A DNA stretch of 64,000 nucleotides from Endomicrobiales bacterium (GTDB lineage: Bacteria > Elusimicrobiota > Endomicrobiia > Endomicrobiales > JALOBY01), in assembly GCA_963796955.1 (NCBI GenBank), contig CAWCNJ010000005.1:200598-264597 (forward strand), given 5' to 3'. The position numbers and the translations under genes are program-made. Positions 1 through 8,758 of this stretch are shown here, in pieces (position 1 is the stretch's first letter; the number at the start of each line of letters is the position of its first letter). The notes below the pieces were generated by a model. It saw only the letters and a list, made by a program, of their open reading frames with translations. It ran no database searches and was not told where the DNA came from.

Positions 1-5
1 CCGCG

Positions 6-596
6 ATGGGTGATCTTGAAAAGTTTATTCACGCAAGATCAGAAATTCCGGCGCTGATCAAGGCCGCCCTGATCCATAGTCAATTTGAAACTATACACCC
101 ATTCATTGATGGTAACGGAAGAACCGGCAGGCTGTTGATAACATTTTACCTTTGTCAGCAGGGAATGCTGGAAAAACCCGTCCTTTACCTGTCGGAATAT
201 TTCAAGAAACACAGAGACCTCTATTTTGCCCTTCTTGATGGCTACCGGAGGGGAAATGTTCAGCCTTGGTTGGAGTTTTTCTTAAAAGGTATCGTAAATG
301 TTGCCACCGAGGCAGCCATTACCTCAGGCAAAATAGTCTCATTGCGAGAGAAAGACCTGCACACTGTATCAGGGTTGGGCAGGGCCAGCAAAAATGCGGT
401 CGTCCTTCTTAAGAATCTTTACAAACAGCCGATAATTAACGTACGCAAGATCCAGGAAGTTACTGGCGTCTCAAGGGAAGCCGCTAATACCATCGCGAAA
501 CGGTTTATGGATCTGGGTATATTATCATTGAAAGATGCGGGTAAAAGCTACGACCGCATTTTTGTGTATAAGAAGTATCTGACACTATTTGAATAG
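6..596 (+). CDS. Fic family protein (probably 5'-truncated by window edge)
   Basis: Fic motif HPFIDGNGRTGR, C-terminal HTH-like region. Confidence 0.9.
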   Translation: MGDLEKFIHARSEIPALIKAALIHSQFETIHPFIDGNGRTGRLLITFYLCQQGMLEKPVLYLSEYFKKHRDLYFALLDGYRRGNVQPWLEFFLKGIVNVATEAAITSGKIVSLREKDLHTVSGLGRASKNAVVLLKNLYKQPIINVRKIQEVTGVSREAANTIAKRFMDLGILSLKDAGKSYDRIFVYKKYLTLFE

Positions 597-686
597 TATA
601 ATAAAACAAACCGCCGGCGAAAACCCTCCCCTATCCTGCGGCGGCTGTAAGTAGCGGAATAATGTGAAAACCAGTTTGGAGAACAT

Positions 687-1190
687 ATGGCGAATAATTT
701 TAACTTAAGCGAGATCGTTAAGTACGGCGTACAAATTGAAAAGAACGGCAGGGATTTTTACGATCACGCCTCTAAAGCCGTGAAGGCGGAAAGGGTACGG
801 CAGGTATTTGAATATATTTCCAACGAAGAACAACAGCATATCGCAATTTTTGAGAGTATTTTAAGCAAAATTGATGAGAATACCAGGCCCGCCGGAAAAT
901 GCCCCGCCGAATACGTGGAATATCTGCAGGCGCTTATAAAAGATAACCCATTTACAAACAACAAACAGGGCTACGAGATAGCAAGGACCATAAGGAACGA
1001 TAAGCACGCCCTTGAGCTGGCTATAGCTGTAGAAAAAGATACCCTGCTATTTTACCACGAACTGAAAAAACTGCTTGCTGCCGCCTGCCAGAACGATACA
1101 GATACCCTTATCGCCAACGAACAAGATCACTTCAATAAACTAGCTGACGTATATAAAGGCTTCAACACCTTCGGTGTAAACAGAGGCTAA
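687..1190 (+). CDS. Ferritin-like/rubrerythrin family protein
   Basis: E..G..FY, EEQQH and EQDH di-iron motifs; GGAG RBS. Confidence 0.85.
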   Translation: MANNFNLSEIVKYGVQIEKNGRDFYDHASKAVKAERVRQVFEYISNEEQQHIAIFESILSKIDENTRPAGKCPAEYVEYLQALIKDNPFTNNKQGYEIARTIRNDKHALELAIAVEKDTLLFYHELKKLLAAACQNDTDTLIANEQDHFNKLADVYKGFNTFGVNRG

Positions 1191-1228
1191 GCGCACTACA
1201 CACTAACCTGTAAAAAATTCTTACAAGT

Positions 1229-1534
1229 TCAGGCGCCTTGTTTTTTATCAAGTTTTTCCAGGCCTATAATTTTTACTCCGAAGTACACTACGCAGGCTAT
1301 TACCACAAAATCAATTGATGTGCTTATAAAGTCGCCTACCTTAAGTTGCGCGGTGCCAATTTGCACGGTGGCTTCTTTCAGGGTGCCGGCAGCGCCAAGC
1401 ACCACGCCCAGCAGCGGGCTTACAATATCGGTTATAAGCGCCGTAACTAACTTTGCCACAGCACCGCCCAGAATAAAGCCAACGGCCAGGCCTACTACGC
1501 CCTGCGTGCGAATAAATTCAAAAAATCCTTTCAT
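1229..1534 (-). CDS. mscL: Short large-conductance mechanosensitive channel
   Basis: N-terminal F.EF, VVGLAVGFILGGA, DIVSP, GDFI. Confidence 0.85.
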   Translation of the reverse strand: MKGFFEFIRTQGVVGLAVGFILGGAVAKLVTALITDIVSPLLGVVLGAAGTLKEATVQIGTAQLKVGDFISTSIDFVVIACVVYFGVKIIGLEKLDKKQGA

Positions 1535-1545
1535 TGTGCCCCCGG

Positions 1546-2448
1546 TTAAAACAGGCCGTACGACAACCCAAACATTACCGTTAAACGCTTTTCAACGTCT
1601 TGCGGCCACGCCGGGTGCGGCAGCCTGTCGTAGTTGTATATTGCCAGATAACTTACCTGCATAGTTACCAGCTTAGATATTTTTACGTAAAGCGAGTTGT
1701 CCCAGCGCAGGTCACAGCCGCCTTTTAAGCCCGAAAATACGTTCGCCTCCGAAGTAAACTTAACATTCTCATTAACCGCAAGATCGTAGTTGGTTACCCA
1801 TTCAATACCCGTATTGTCACGGCGTTCTTCTATTACAGCGGTGGCCGGGTCGTCGGCTAAAGAAGATATTGCCGCGCCACCCGCCGGCAGCGGTCTTTCC
1901 TTGGCAGAGTCAAAAAATTGTTTCGCCGCAAAGCCCGCCCGGGTGCGCAACTCCTGCCCCGGTTTTTTAATAAGCCACAAGCCGTTGCCTAAAGACTCGG
2001 TATAGGTAGCCGGGTCCGTAAAGCGCCAGTTCTGGGTGTCCAGAATAAAACCAACGTACGGGTTTACGTAATGCGAAAGTTTTAGCGTGTACACGCTGGT
2101 AAAATATACCGTGTCGGCGCTGGTTTGCTCGTCAGAGCCGGCGTTCTTGGTACGGCCGTACTCTTCTTTAAGCGTAGTTATCCAGTTAGTATACGTTACG
2201 TTCCTTTCGGCAGAGGCCTCAAGCTTTGCGCCCCAGCTTAAAGAATCCTTTTCAGGCCCCGTCCAGCTATCCGAAACGTCGGTCGCATTGTAGCTGGCGC
2301 CAAGTATGCCCTTAAGCGCCCACGCAGGCCCCGCCGCAAACACACGCCCGCCCGCCAACAGCACTGCCATAAACACTATTACCTTTCTCATAAACATAGC
2401 AGAACCCCGCCTGTCCATGCCATCCTCCCTTACCAGCAATATTCCCAC
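1546..2448 (-). CDS. Outer-membrane beta-barrel protein (DUF3078-like); true start likely near 2397/2391
   Basis: Signal peptide, SWTG motif, alternating beta strands, terminal GLSYGLF. Confidence 0.65.
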   Translation of the reverse strand: MGILLVREDGMDRRGSAMFMRKVIVFMAVLLAGGRVFAAGPAWALKGILGASYNATDVSDSWTGPEKDSLSWGAKLEASAERNVTYTNWITTLKEEYGRTKNAGSDEQTSADTVYFTSVYTLKLSHYVNPYVGFILDTQNWRFTDPATYTESLGNGLWLIKKPGQELRTRAGFAAKQFFDSAKERPLPAGGAAISSLADDPATAVIEERRDNTGIEWVTNYDLAVNENVKFTSEANVFSGLKGGCDLRWDNSLYVKISKLVTMQVSYLAIYNYDRLPHPAWPQDVEKRLTVMFGLSYGLF

Positions 2449-2560
2449 ATTCTGCCAAAACCGCCGCCGCCCTTCAATACAACCAACTGATCGTTTTCAC
2501 CCTGCCGCGCCCCGACCAGTTTTTCTTGAATTACCCGTCGCGAAGAGGTACAATTAGCCT

Positions 2561-2642
2561 ATGCAAGCACCCAGGGGAGAAGCGAACAACTACAAGGACG
2601 CATAATTCAGGCCACACGGCACTATTAGCCGGGTGGTTTTTG
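2561..2642 (+). ncRNA. Candidate small RNA or terminated leader, copy 1
   Basis: TTGAAT-17-TACAAT at 2526-2554, then hairpin CCACACGGC..GCCGGGTGG plus T-run; paralog at 27681. Confidence 0.5.
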
Positions 2643-2714
2643 TTGGTGTAGGTCAATACTTCATTACTTAACAACGTCCCGGAGTTCCACGTTTGCGCAG
2701 CAACGGTAAATCAA

Positions 2715-2990
2715 GTGAGAAAACGCGATACAATTTACGCTCTAAATGAGTCTTGCGTAATCAAGTTGTCTTTTGACATAACAAAAAATCGTACTGCTGC
2801 CGAAATTTCTGTTAAGGTTATACGAGAAACCAGCAAGTTGATGAATCTGATGGCGTACGTCAACAAAGCGGACAGGCTTAAGGTCCCGCTCGGCCCGCAG
2901 TACGGCAAAATACGGCAAGAGATCGCCCGCGCACCGGACATCGTAAAGTTGCTGCTGGGGATGAATTGCGATGGGGAACCCAGGGAATAG
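2715..2990 (+). CDS. Hypothetical protein
   Basis: ORF only. Confidence 0.4.
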   Translation: MRKRDTIYALNESCVIKLSFDITKNRTAAEISVKVIRETSKLMNLMAYVNKADRLKVPLGPQYGKIRQEIARAPDIVKLLLGMNCDGEPRE

Positions 2991-3036
2991 GTTAAGTAAA
3001 TATAGCCTGACATCTTAAATTAGGAGAGTAATTCAC

Positions 3037-3454
3037 ATGGAAGACAAAGGTGGACTTACGATTTATGCGCTCAAGGATGGAGGTTCCGGGCTAACGGTGC
3101 GGCTTGAACAAGAAACGGTGTGGCTAAATATGCTTCAGATTACAAAACTGTTTAGAAGGGATAAGTCTGTTATTTCGCGGCACATCAGGAATATCTACAA
3201 AGAGCATGAATTATCAAGGGAAACATCTGTTGCAAATTTTGCAACAGATGTAGGGGATGGCAGGGTTTTTGCGGCTCGGCGATCTGGAAAACCTGTACCG
3301 CTATATGAAGGATACCCTAACCGTAACTTCCATGAACATCAACCGCTTGCGCATTGACTCAGCGCGCCAAAAAGACTTCGCCGTGCTTGTCGAAGACATC
3401 GACAAGATCAGGAAGGAAGTGAACTTGCTGAGAAAGAAGATGAAAAAAGACTGA
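3037..3454 (+). pseudogene. Truncated RhuM-like N-terminus followed by an unrelated 65-aa ORF
   Basis: ETVWL..ISRHIRNIYKE..VANFAT matches the RhuM family; similarity stops near 3250; overlapping ORF 3257-3454. Confidence 0.65.
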
Positions 3455-3518
3455 TTGCAAAAGCTGTGCGCGATCAAGGGTGAAATATAAAAACCAGACA
3501 TTCATGAACTGCGAACTA

Positions 3519-3575
3519 GTCAAAAAGTCAAGTCTGACACCGGCACACCGGCACACCGGCACACCGGCACCGGCA
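3519..3575 (-). repeat. REP-like motif plus 8-bp tandem repeat
   Basis: Minus strand GGTGTCAGACTTGACTTTTTGAC (3519-3541); plus strand ACACCGGC x4 at 3537-3568. Confidence 0.8.
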
Positions 3576-3850
3576 TTAAAGTCATGCAACGTTTTCATTC
3601 TTGTTAGACCACTCGTTACGCCTGTTGTTTCCTCAATCTCTAATAACAGCTAGCATTGACTTTCCTTTTTTGAACCAAATACAATCTCTAAACAATGCAG
3701 ATTTAACCGCCTCATAATAGGCAGGCAACATTCTTTCATGCCTAATGATGAGTGTCGTTAACAGGTATTTTATCAAATATAAGCAAATATGCAGGCGTCG
3801 CGGATTGACGTTCCGATATGCCTGCATAATGTGTGATAAACCGTATCAGT

Positions 3851-3994
3851 TTATTTTGTATGGCGGTGGTGGTCAGGTGCTTGTGTTAGAACAGATGCAG
3901 CCACTGACTTTACCGCTTTTGACGATCTTCCATCGCGTAGCAGTTTAGATGCGATTCGCGCAATACGGTACGAAGTTCTCTCATTTTGTGCCAT
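3851..3994 (-). CDS. 47-aa basic protein missed by the ORF track
   Basis: MAQNERTSYRIARIASKLLRDGRSSKAVKSVAASVLTQAPDHHRHTK; RBS GAGGTG; downstream hairpin near 3788-3828. Confidence 0.75.
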   Translation of the reverse strand: MAQNERTSYRIARIASKLLRDGRSSKAVKSVAASVLTQAPDHHRHTK

Positions 3995-4103
3995 AGTATA
4001 GCTCACCTCTCTGTTAATACCATTCAATATAGCTTGGTTTCACTTTGAATAATCATTCGCTATTTCTTATCGACCTACAATGTTTCTAAGAATTAGACCT
4101 GCG

Positions 4104-4199
4104 AACAAATTATATATTAAACTAACAAATTATATTTATTGTGTCAAGTTTTAAGGACTTAATAATGTTATTGACATATAAGAAATTATCTGCTACAGT
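4104..4199. promoter_or_regulatory. Divergent sigma70-type promoters with direct-repeat candidate operator
   Basis: TTGACA-17-TACAGT (4171-4199, +); TTGACA-17-TAGTTT (4147-4119, -); AACAAATTATAT at 4104 and 4124. Confidence 0.6.
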
Positions 4200-4205
4200 C
4201 TAAGC

Positions 4206-4862
4206 ATGCACACCATCCAACAGCAGTTGCTTGCCTTGTCTAAAAAGAAAAATCTGGCGCAGTTAAGTTTGCGAGAAATGGCAAATCATATCGGAATGCC
4301 AGGCGAATCTCCTCAAAAAATAAAGCATCATCTTATGCAGTTAGAGAAAAAAGGGTTTTTGAACATTGATCGTGCTACGGGCAAGATGGATCGTTCTTCG
4401 GCCTCTCCTGGATGGGCCCAGGGACTATTACAGACGACCTCAAATATTTTTTCAATTCCTGTCATCGGCACTGCAAATTGTGGTCCTGCCACTATCTATG
4501 CTGAGCAGAACTTTCAAGGCTTTCTACGTGTTTCAAGCAGGCTTGTGGGACGTTCAAAACCTAAAGGTTTATATGCAATCAAAACAAGCGGCTCTTCGAT
4601 GAATAGGGCAGAAATTAACGGAAAGCGTATTGAAGACGGCGATTATGTAATAATTGATAGCCTTGATAAAACTCCTCATACCGGGGATGTGGTTGTTGCG
4701 ATTGTAGATAATAAAGGGACAATTAAACGTTTTATAGATGATAGAGAAAATGGACAAGTTGTTCTTCGTGCAGATTCGTCCTTCGATTATGAACCGATCT
4801 ATCTTCATCCAGATGATGATTTCAGCATAAGCGGAAAGGTTATTGGCATAATAAAGAATTAA
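4206..4862 (+). CDS. LexA-like repressor (wHTH plus S24 peptidase)
   Basis: SLREMA..HL..LEKKGF, ANCG cleavage site, catalytic GSSM and IKR. Confidence 0.88.
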   Translation: MHTIQQQLLALSKKKNLAQLSLREMANHIGMPGESPQKIKHHLMQLEKKGFLNIDRATGKMDRSSASPGWAQGLLQTTSNIFSIPVIGTANCGPATIYAEQNFQGFLRVSSRLVGRSKPKGLYAIKTSGSSMNRAEINGKRIEDGDYVIIDSLDKTPHTGDVVVAIVDNKGTIKRFIDDRENGQVVLRADSSFDYEPIYLHPDDDFSISGKVIGIIKN

Positions 4863-4929
4863 ATTACAGGGCTTGAAATATGCTATAATCCATTTAGTTT
4901 ATGTGTTATAGCCTTCAAGTCTAAAAGGG

Positions 4930-5982
4930 TTGAAGGTGAAAAAAATGAAAAAAATGCGAAAAAAAATTATTCTTTCCGAGACACCAGCAAAAACAATTCG
5001 ATTTGTCGATTTGTTCTGCGGCATAGGGGCATTTAGGCTTGCCATTGAATCAGCGAGCAGGGGTCTTAACATCATACCGGAATGCAAATTCTCTAGCGAT
5101 ATTGATCCCAATTGTCAGAAACAGTATAACGATAATTTCAGTGAGTTTCCTAATGGCGATATAACGAAAGTAGCTGCCGAAGATATACCAGATCATGATA
5201 TTCTCTTGGCAGGCTTTCCGTGCCAACCATTCAGTATTATTGGCAATATGAAAGGTTTTGCGGATATAAGAGGCACACTGTTTTTTGATATTGCAAGAAT
5301 AATTGAAGCTAAAAATCCCCAAGCTTTCGTGCTTGAAAATGTGAAACTTCTGAAAGGACATAATGAGGGGCGCACGATTTCTCGAATTATGGAGACTTTA
5401 CGGGATTTAGGATATCATGCGGATTATAGGGTATTCAATGCGCTTGATTTTGGCTTGCCGCAGAAGAGAGAAAGAATTTTTATAGTTGGTTTCAAAAATC
5501 CATGTTCATTTGAATGGCCTGTTGGCAATGTGCCGATGAAGCCTCTTTCGAAGATTTTAGAAAAGAATGTATCTAAACAACATTACGCTTCCGAAAGAAT
5601 ACGGCAAAAGAGGCTCAAGCATTTAAAGCCTACAAAAGAGCCAATGATCTGGCATGAGAATAAAGCTGGTCACGTAAGCGCATATCCGTACTCATGCGCA
5701 CTAAGGGCGGGAGCATCCTATAACTACTTGTTAGTTAACGGGGAAAGAAGATTAACTCCTCGTGAAATGTTTAGATTGCAGGGTGTTCCAGATTCTTATA
5801 AAATCATATGCAATGATTCGCAAGCTAGAAAACAAGCTGGCAATAGTCTGCCGGTTCCTATGGCGGAAGCAGTGATAAGGAATGTTCTAAAGTCGCTTGG
5901 GAAAGATGACAAAAGTTATCCGTTATCGTATCCCTCAATCGAGAAACAATTATTTTGGTGTGAGAATCCAATAAACCCATAA
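4930..5982 (+). CDS. DNA cytosine-C5 methyltransferase
   Basis: DLFCGIG, GFPCQPFS, ENV, PQKRER, KQAGNS motifs. Confidence 0.97.
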   Translation: MKVKKMKKMRKKIILSETPAKTIRFVDLFCGIGAFRLAIESASRGLNIIPECKFSSDIDPNCQKQYNDNFSEFPNGDITKVAAEDIPDHDILLAGFPCQPFSIIGNMKGFADIRGTLFFDIARIIEAKNPQAFVLENVKLLKGHNEGRTISRIMETLRDLGYHADYRVFNALDFGLPQKRERIFIVGFKNPCSFEWPVGNVPMKPLSKILEKNVSKQHYASERIRQKRLKHLKPTKEPMIWHENKAGHVSAYPYSCALRAGASYNYLLVNGERRLTPREMFRLQGVPDSYKIICNDSQARKQAGNSLPVPMAEAVIRNVLKSLGKDDKSYPLSYPSIEKQLFWCENPINP

Positions 5983-6716
5983 TGAAAGGTCCTAAGCTCA
6001 GGATTGTAGACAAATACGGTGCTCCATATCCATTGAACAAGTTTCCTAAAGATTTTGCTTACAACTTAGGAAGAGAGATAGTTTATTTTCTTGCATCAAG
6101 AGGCACTCCAAGACTGGAAGGCACTGATTGGGAAGAGATTTTTGCCAGATTGGTTGGCGCGCAATGGAAACCCTCCAACGTTGGGCTTGATGATATTATT
6201 TCTGGTAAGACAGCTTGGGGCGCAAAAACCGTTAAAAATGCTAACCCATTTAAGGCTTCAGCAATTCGTCTAATATCTGGCCGCAATTCTCCCATTTATT
6301 CTTTTGGAGCTGGTGAAATAGTTAATTGCGATCCCGATGAATTAGGCAAGCAAATATTGGCAATATGGAACGCGCGTGTAGCTGAAGTGCGCTGTGCTTT
6401 CAAAAATCTTAGAACAGTCGTACTGATTAAATCCGACGATTTGCTCGAACTTTCTGCGTATGAATTTAATACTGAAGAGTTTTCTCAAGAAGGTTATTAT
6501 TGGGAATGGAATAAAAATAAAAATTTAACTGGATTTGACGCAAAGACGAAAGAACACATCTTTACATGGCAACCTCACGGCTCCCAGTTTACAGTGCTAG
6601 AAAAAGTTCCTGAACAACGAGTTGCAATCCGCATTAAGAAACCTCCCAAGTTAGATAAAGAAACCATCCTCAAAACCCTCAAGTTTGACAACTCCTGGAT
6701 ACAGGTAATTAAATAG
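5982..6716 (+). CDS. Putative type II restriction endonuclease
   Basis: Overlaps the MTase stop and precedes vsr; degenerate PD-(D/E)xK pattern WE..GLDD..WGAKT. Confidence 0.6.
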   Translation: MKGPKLRIVDKYGAPYPLNKFPKDFAYNLGREIVYFLASRGTPRLEGTDWEEIFARLVGAQWKPSNVGLDDIISGKTAWGAKTVKNANPFKASAIRLISGRNSPIYSFGAGEIVNCDPDELGKQILAIWNARVAEVRCAFKNLRTVVLIKSDDLLELSAYEFNTEEFSQEGYYWEWNKNKNLTGFDAKTKEHIFTWQPHGSQFTVLEKVPEQRVAIRIKKPPKLDKETILKTLKFDNSWIQVIK

Positions 6717-6722
6717 CTTTCT

Positions 6723-7136
6723 ATGGACAATGTTTCTCGACAAGAGCGTTCTCGTATAATGTCTCTTGTTCGATCGAAAGGAAACAAATCCACTGAGCTC
6801 AAGTTTGTTACATTACTAAAAGAAAACGGTATTAAGGGGTGGCGAAGATCCTACAAATTGACAGGGAATCCTGATATCGTTTTTCCTAAGAATAAGATTG
6901 CTGTTTTCATTGATGGTTGTTTTTGGCATAGTTGTCCGGTTCATTTAAGATTACCGTTCGACAATAGGGTATACTGGAAGGGAAAAATTGCTCGAAACGT
7001 AAAAAGAGACAGGCTAATTGTCAAAACACTGAGGGCAATGGGGTGGCGCGTAATAAGATTTTGGGAGCATGAATTAAAAGGTTCAAATAGATATGGCCTG
7101 GCAAAGTTAAATAAAATTAATTTGCTGATGAAATAG
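6723..7136 (+). CDS. vsr: Very short patch repair endonuclease
   Basis: RSRIMS, GNPDIVF, FIDGCFWH, FWEHE. Confidence 0.95.
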   Translation: MDNVSRQERSRIMSLVRSKGNKSTELKFVTLLKENGIKGWRRSYKLTGNPDIVFPKNKIAVFIDGCFWHSCPVHLRLPFDNRVYWKGKIARNVKRDRLIVKTLRAMGWRVIRFWEHELKGSNRYGLAKLNKINLLMK

Positions 7137-7234
7137 ATGGGTTCTAGTTAAAACAGGTTAGGACATAGTGACATAGGAAATGCGGGACGCCCTTAGGCAA
7201 TAAGGTATTGAATTAGCGGCAATCGGGGACGTTG

Positions 7235-7522
7235 AAAAAGGCAACGGGGTCACCTATTGAGGAAGTTGTCAAGTAGGTGATAACAAAAAATAAGGTGCGC
7301 CTTGCACCGTCGAAATAGTAGTAGATGTGTCCGTGCTGCAAAGATGTAACTATTTGGAACCCGTTTGGCTATCTCAAGAAGCTCCCCGATAGTTGGGGAC
7401 TTCAGTCACCTATCGGCAGCGTTCGACGAAGCGAACCTCCAAAAGGCAACGGGGTCAGCCCTTGAAACCGGGAAGTTGGGGTCAGAAACCGGGAAGTTGG
7501 GGTCAGGCCTCAACTATTGACA
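7235..7522 (+). repeat. Cluster of REP-like motifs with a 21-bp tandem duplication
   Basis: AAAAGGCAACGGGGTCA at 7236 and 7441; GAAACCGGGAAGTTGGGGTCA x2 at 7464-7505; GGGGTCAGGCCTCAACTATTGACA at 7499-7522. Confidence 0.8.
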
Positions 7523-7563
7523 AGACAATTTGATTGGAATACTGAAGTTGTTAGAAGATACGA

Positions 7564-8037
7564 TTGAGGGAGAACGTGAAAAACAAATTTATTTCTGAAT
7601 CTTTGTCCCACATATTTAAAGGCATCGATGGGCTCAAGGCGGCCTTTCCGGATTCTAAGCGGCAGTTTACCATTGATGGCCGTTTGGTAGGAGATATCGG
7701 CGAAGTATTGGCCGCGGTTGCATATGACATCATACTTGATGAAGTGTCGCAGCCAAAGCACGACGGCACAACCTCCGACAATCGCAGAGTACAAATAAAA
7801 GCAACCTTCCAAGACCACCTCACGTTTAGCTCTATTCCTGATTATTATTTAGGTATTGCAATTGATAAAGATGGCCGATGGGAAGAAATATACAATGGAC
7901 CAGGTAGATACATTGCTGAGAGATATGCGGGCAGAAAAGGTATTGGTTCGAATTTTCTAAGATTTCCCAACAAAGATCTTCGTGAGATATCGACTAAGAT
8001 CCCCACGAACGAACGCATAAATAAGAGAAATATATGA
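7564..8037 (+). CDS. Small restriction-endonuclease-fold protein (DUF6998-like)
   Basis: FTIDGRLVGDIGE..HD..VQIKAT. Confidence 0.7.
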   Translation: MRENVKNKFISESLSHIFKGIDGLKAAFPDSKRQFTIDGRLVGDIGEVLAAVAYDIILDEVSQPKHDGTTSDNRRVQIKATFQDHLTFSSIPDYYLGIAIDKDGRWEEIYNGPGRYIAERYAGRKGIGSNFLRFPNKDLREISTKIPTNERINKRNI

Positions 8038-8600
8038 AGAACAGCAATGTTGTATTCCTGGACCTTGAAACCACCGGTGTTGCACCGAAATTCGATAAAA
8101 TTGTTGAAGTAGGATTGATACGGGTTGAAAAGGGCAAGGTAGTAAAGAAATACAGCCAGCTGGTAAAACCTCCATTTAAAATACCTTTTGCTGCTCAAAG
8201 TGTTCACGGCATCAGCGACGCTATGGTGAGAGATATGCCTCCTATTAAAGAAATCAAGAGCGAACTCGCCGAATTACTTAGAGACGCCTACATAATAACG
8301 CATAGCACGAATCATTTTGATATGCACTTCCTGAGGAATTCGTTGGGCGAAAACTTTGTTGATATGGCTAAACATATAAATCTCTTATTCTTATCAAGAA
8401 AATTGGATAAGGAGTTCACTAGTCACAAGCTTGAAAGTGTGGCAACAAGGTATTCGGTAAGGCTTAAAGATCAGCACAGAGCACTTTCAGATGCCAACAC
8501 AACTTATGAGTGCTTCGTAGGATTGTGTAAAAGACATAACATCGATGATATTAATAAAATTGTTGCCCTCTTGAGAGTGAAAGCCAGGCGAAAAGAGTAA
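8034..8600 (+). CDS. DEDDh 3'-5' exonuclease (DnaQ-like)
   Basis: DLETTG, FD, HRALSDA. Confidence 0.92.
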   Translation: MKNSNVVFLDLETTGVAPKFDKIVEVGLIRVEKGKVVKKYSQLVKPPFKIPFAAQSVHGISDAMVRDMPPIKEIKSELAELLRDAYIITHSTNHFDMHFLRNSLGENFVDMAKHINLLFLSRKLDKEFTSHKLESVATRYSVRLKDQHRALSDANTTYECFVGLCKRHNIDDINKIVALLRVKARRKE

Positions 8601-8758
8601 GATATCGGAACAGGCGGTTCATAAAGGGTACGGTGTCAGACCTAAGTGACTTAAGTAACTCGCCAGGGGATGTTCGGAGTGAGTTAACTAGTTAGCGGTA
8701 GTTGTGTAATTATAAAGTTGTACTTGACATTTGCACAGACGTGTGGTACTATTCTTGT

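Noticed and set aside
2561..2642. c-di-GMP-I riboswitch or tmRNA tag
   Set aside because: Only GACGCA and AGCCGGG fragments; lacks the GGCAAA/GNRA architecture; far too short for tmRNA
3532..3609. Integron attC site (GTCTAAC on the minus strand), also the hairpin near 8655-8689
   Set aside because: Partner box reads GTCAGAC, not GTTRRRY; no L boxes and no integrase
3633..3948. ORFs 3633-3827 and 3745-3948
   Set aside because: No motifs or clear RBS; they overlap the hairpin or the better-supported 47-aa gene
7441..7522. CRISPR array from the 21-bp repeats
   Set aside because: Only two abutting copies, no spacers, no cas genes
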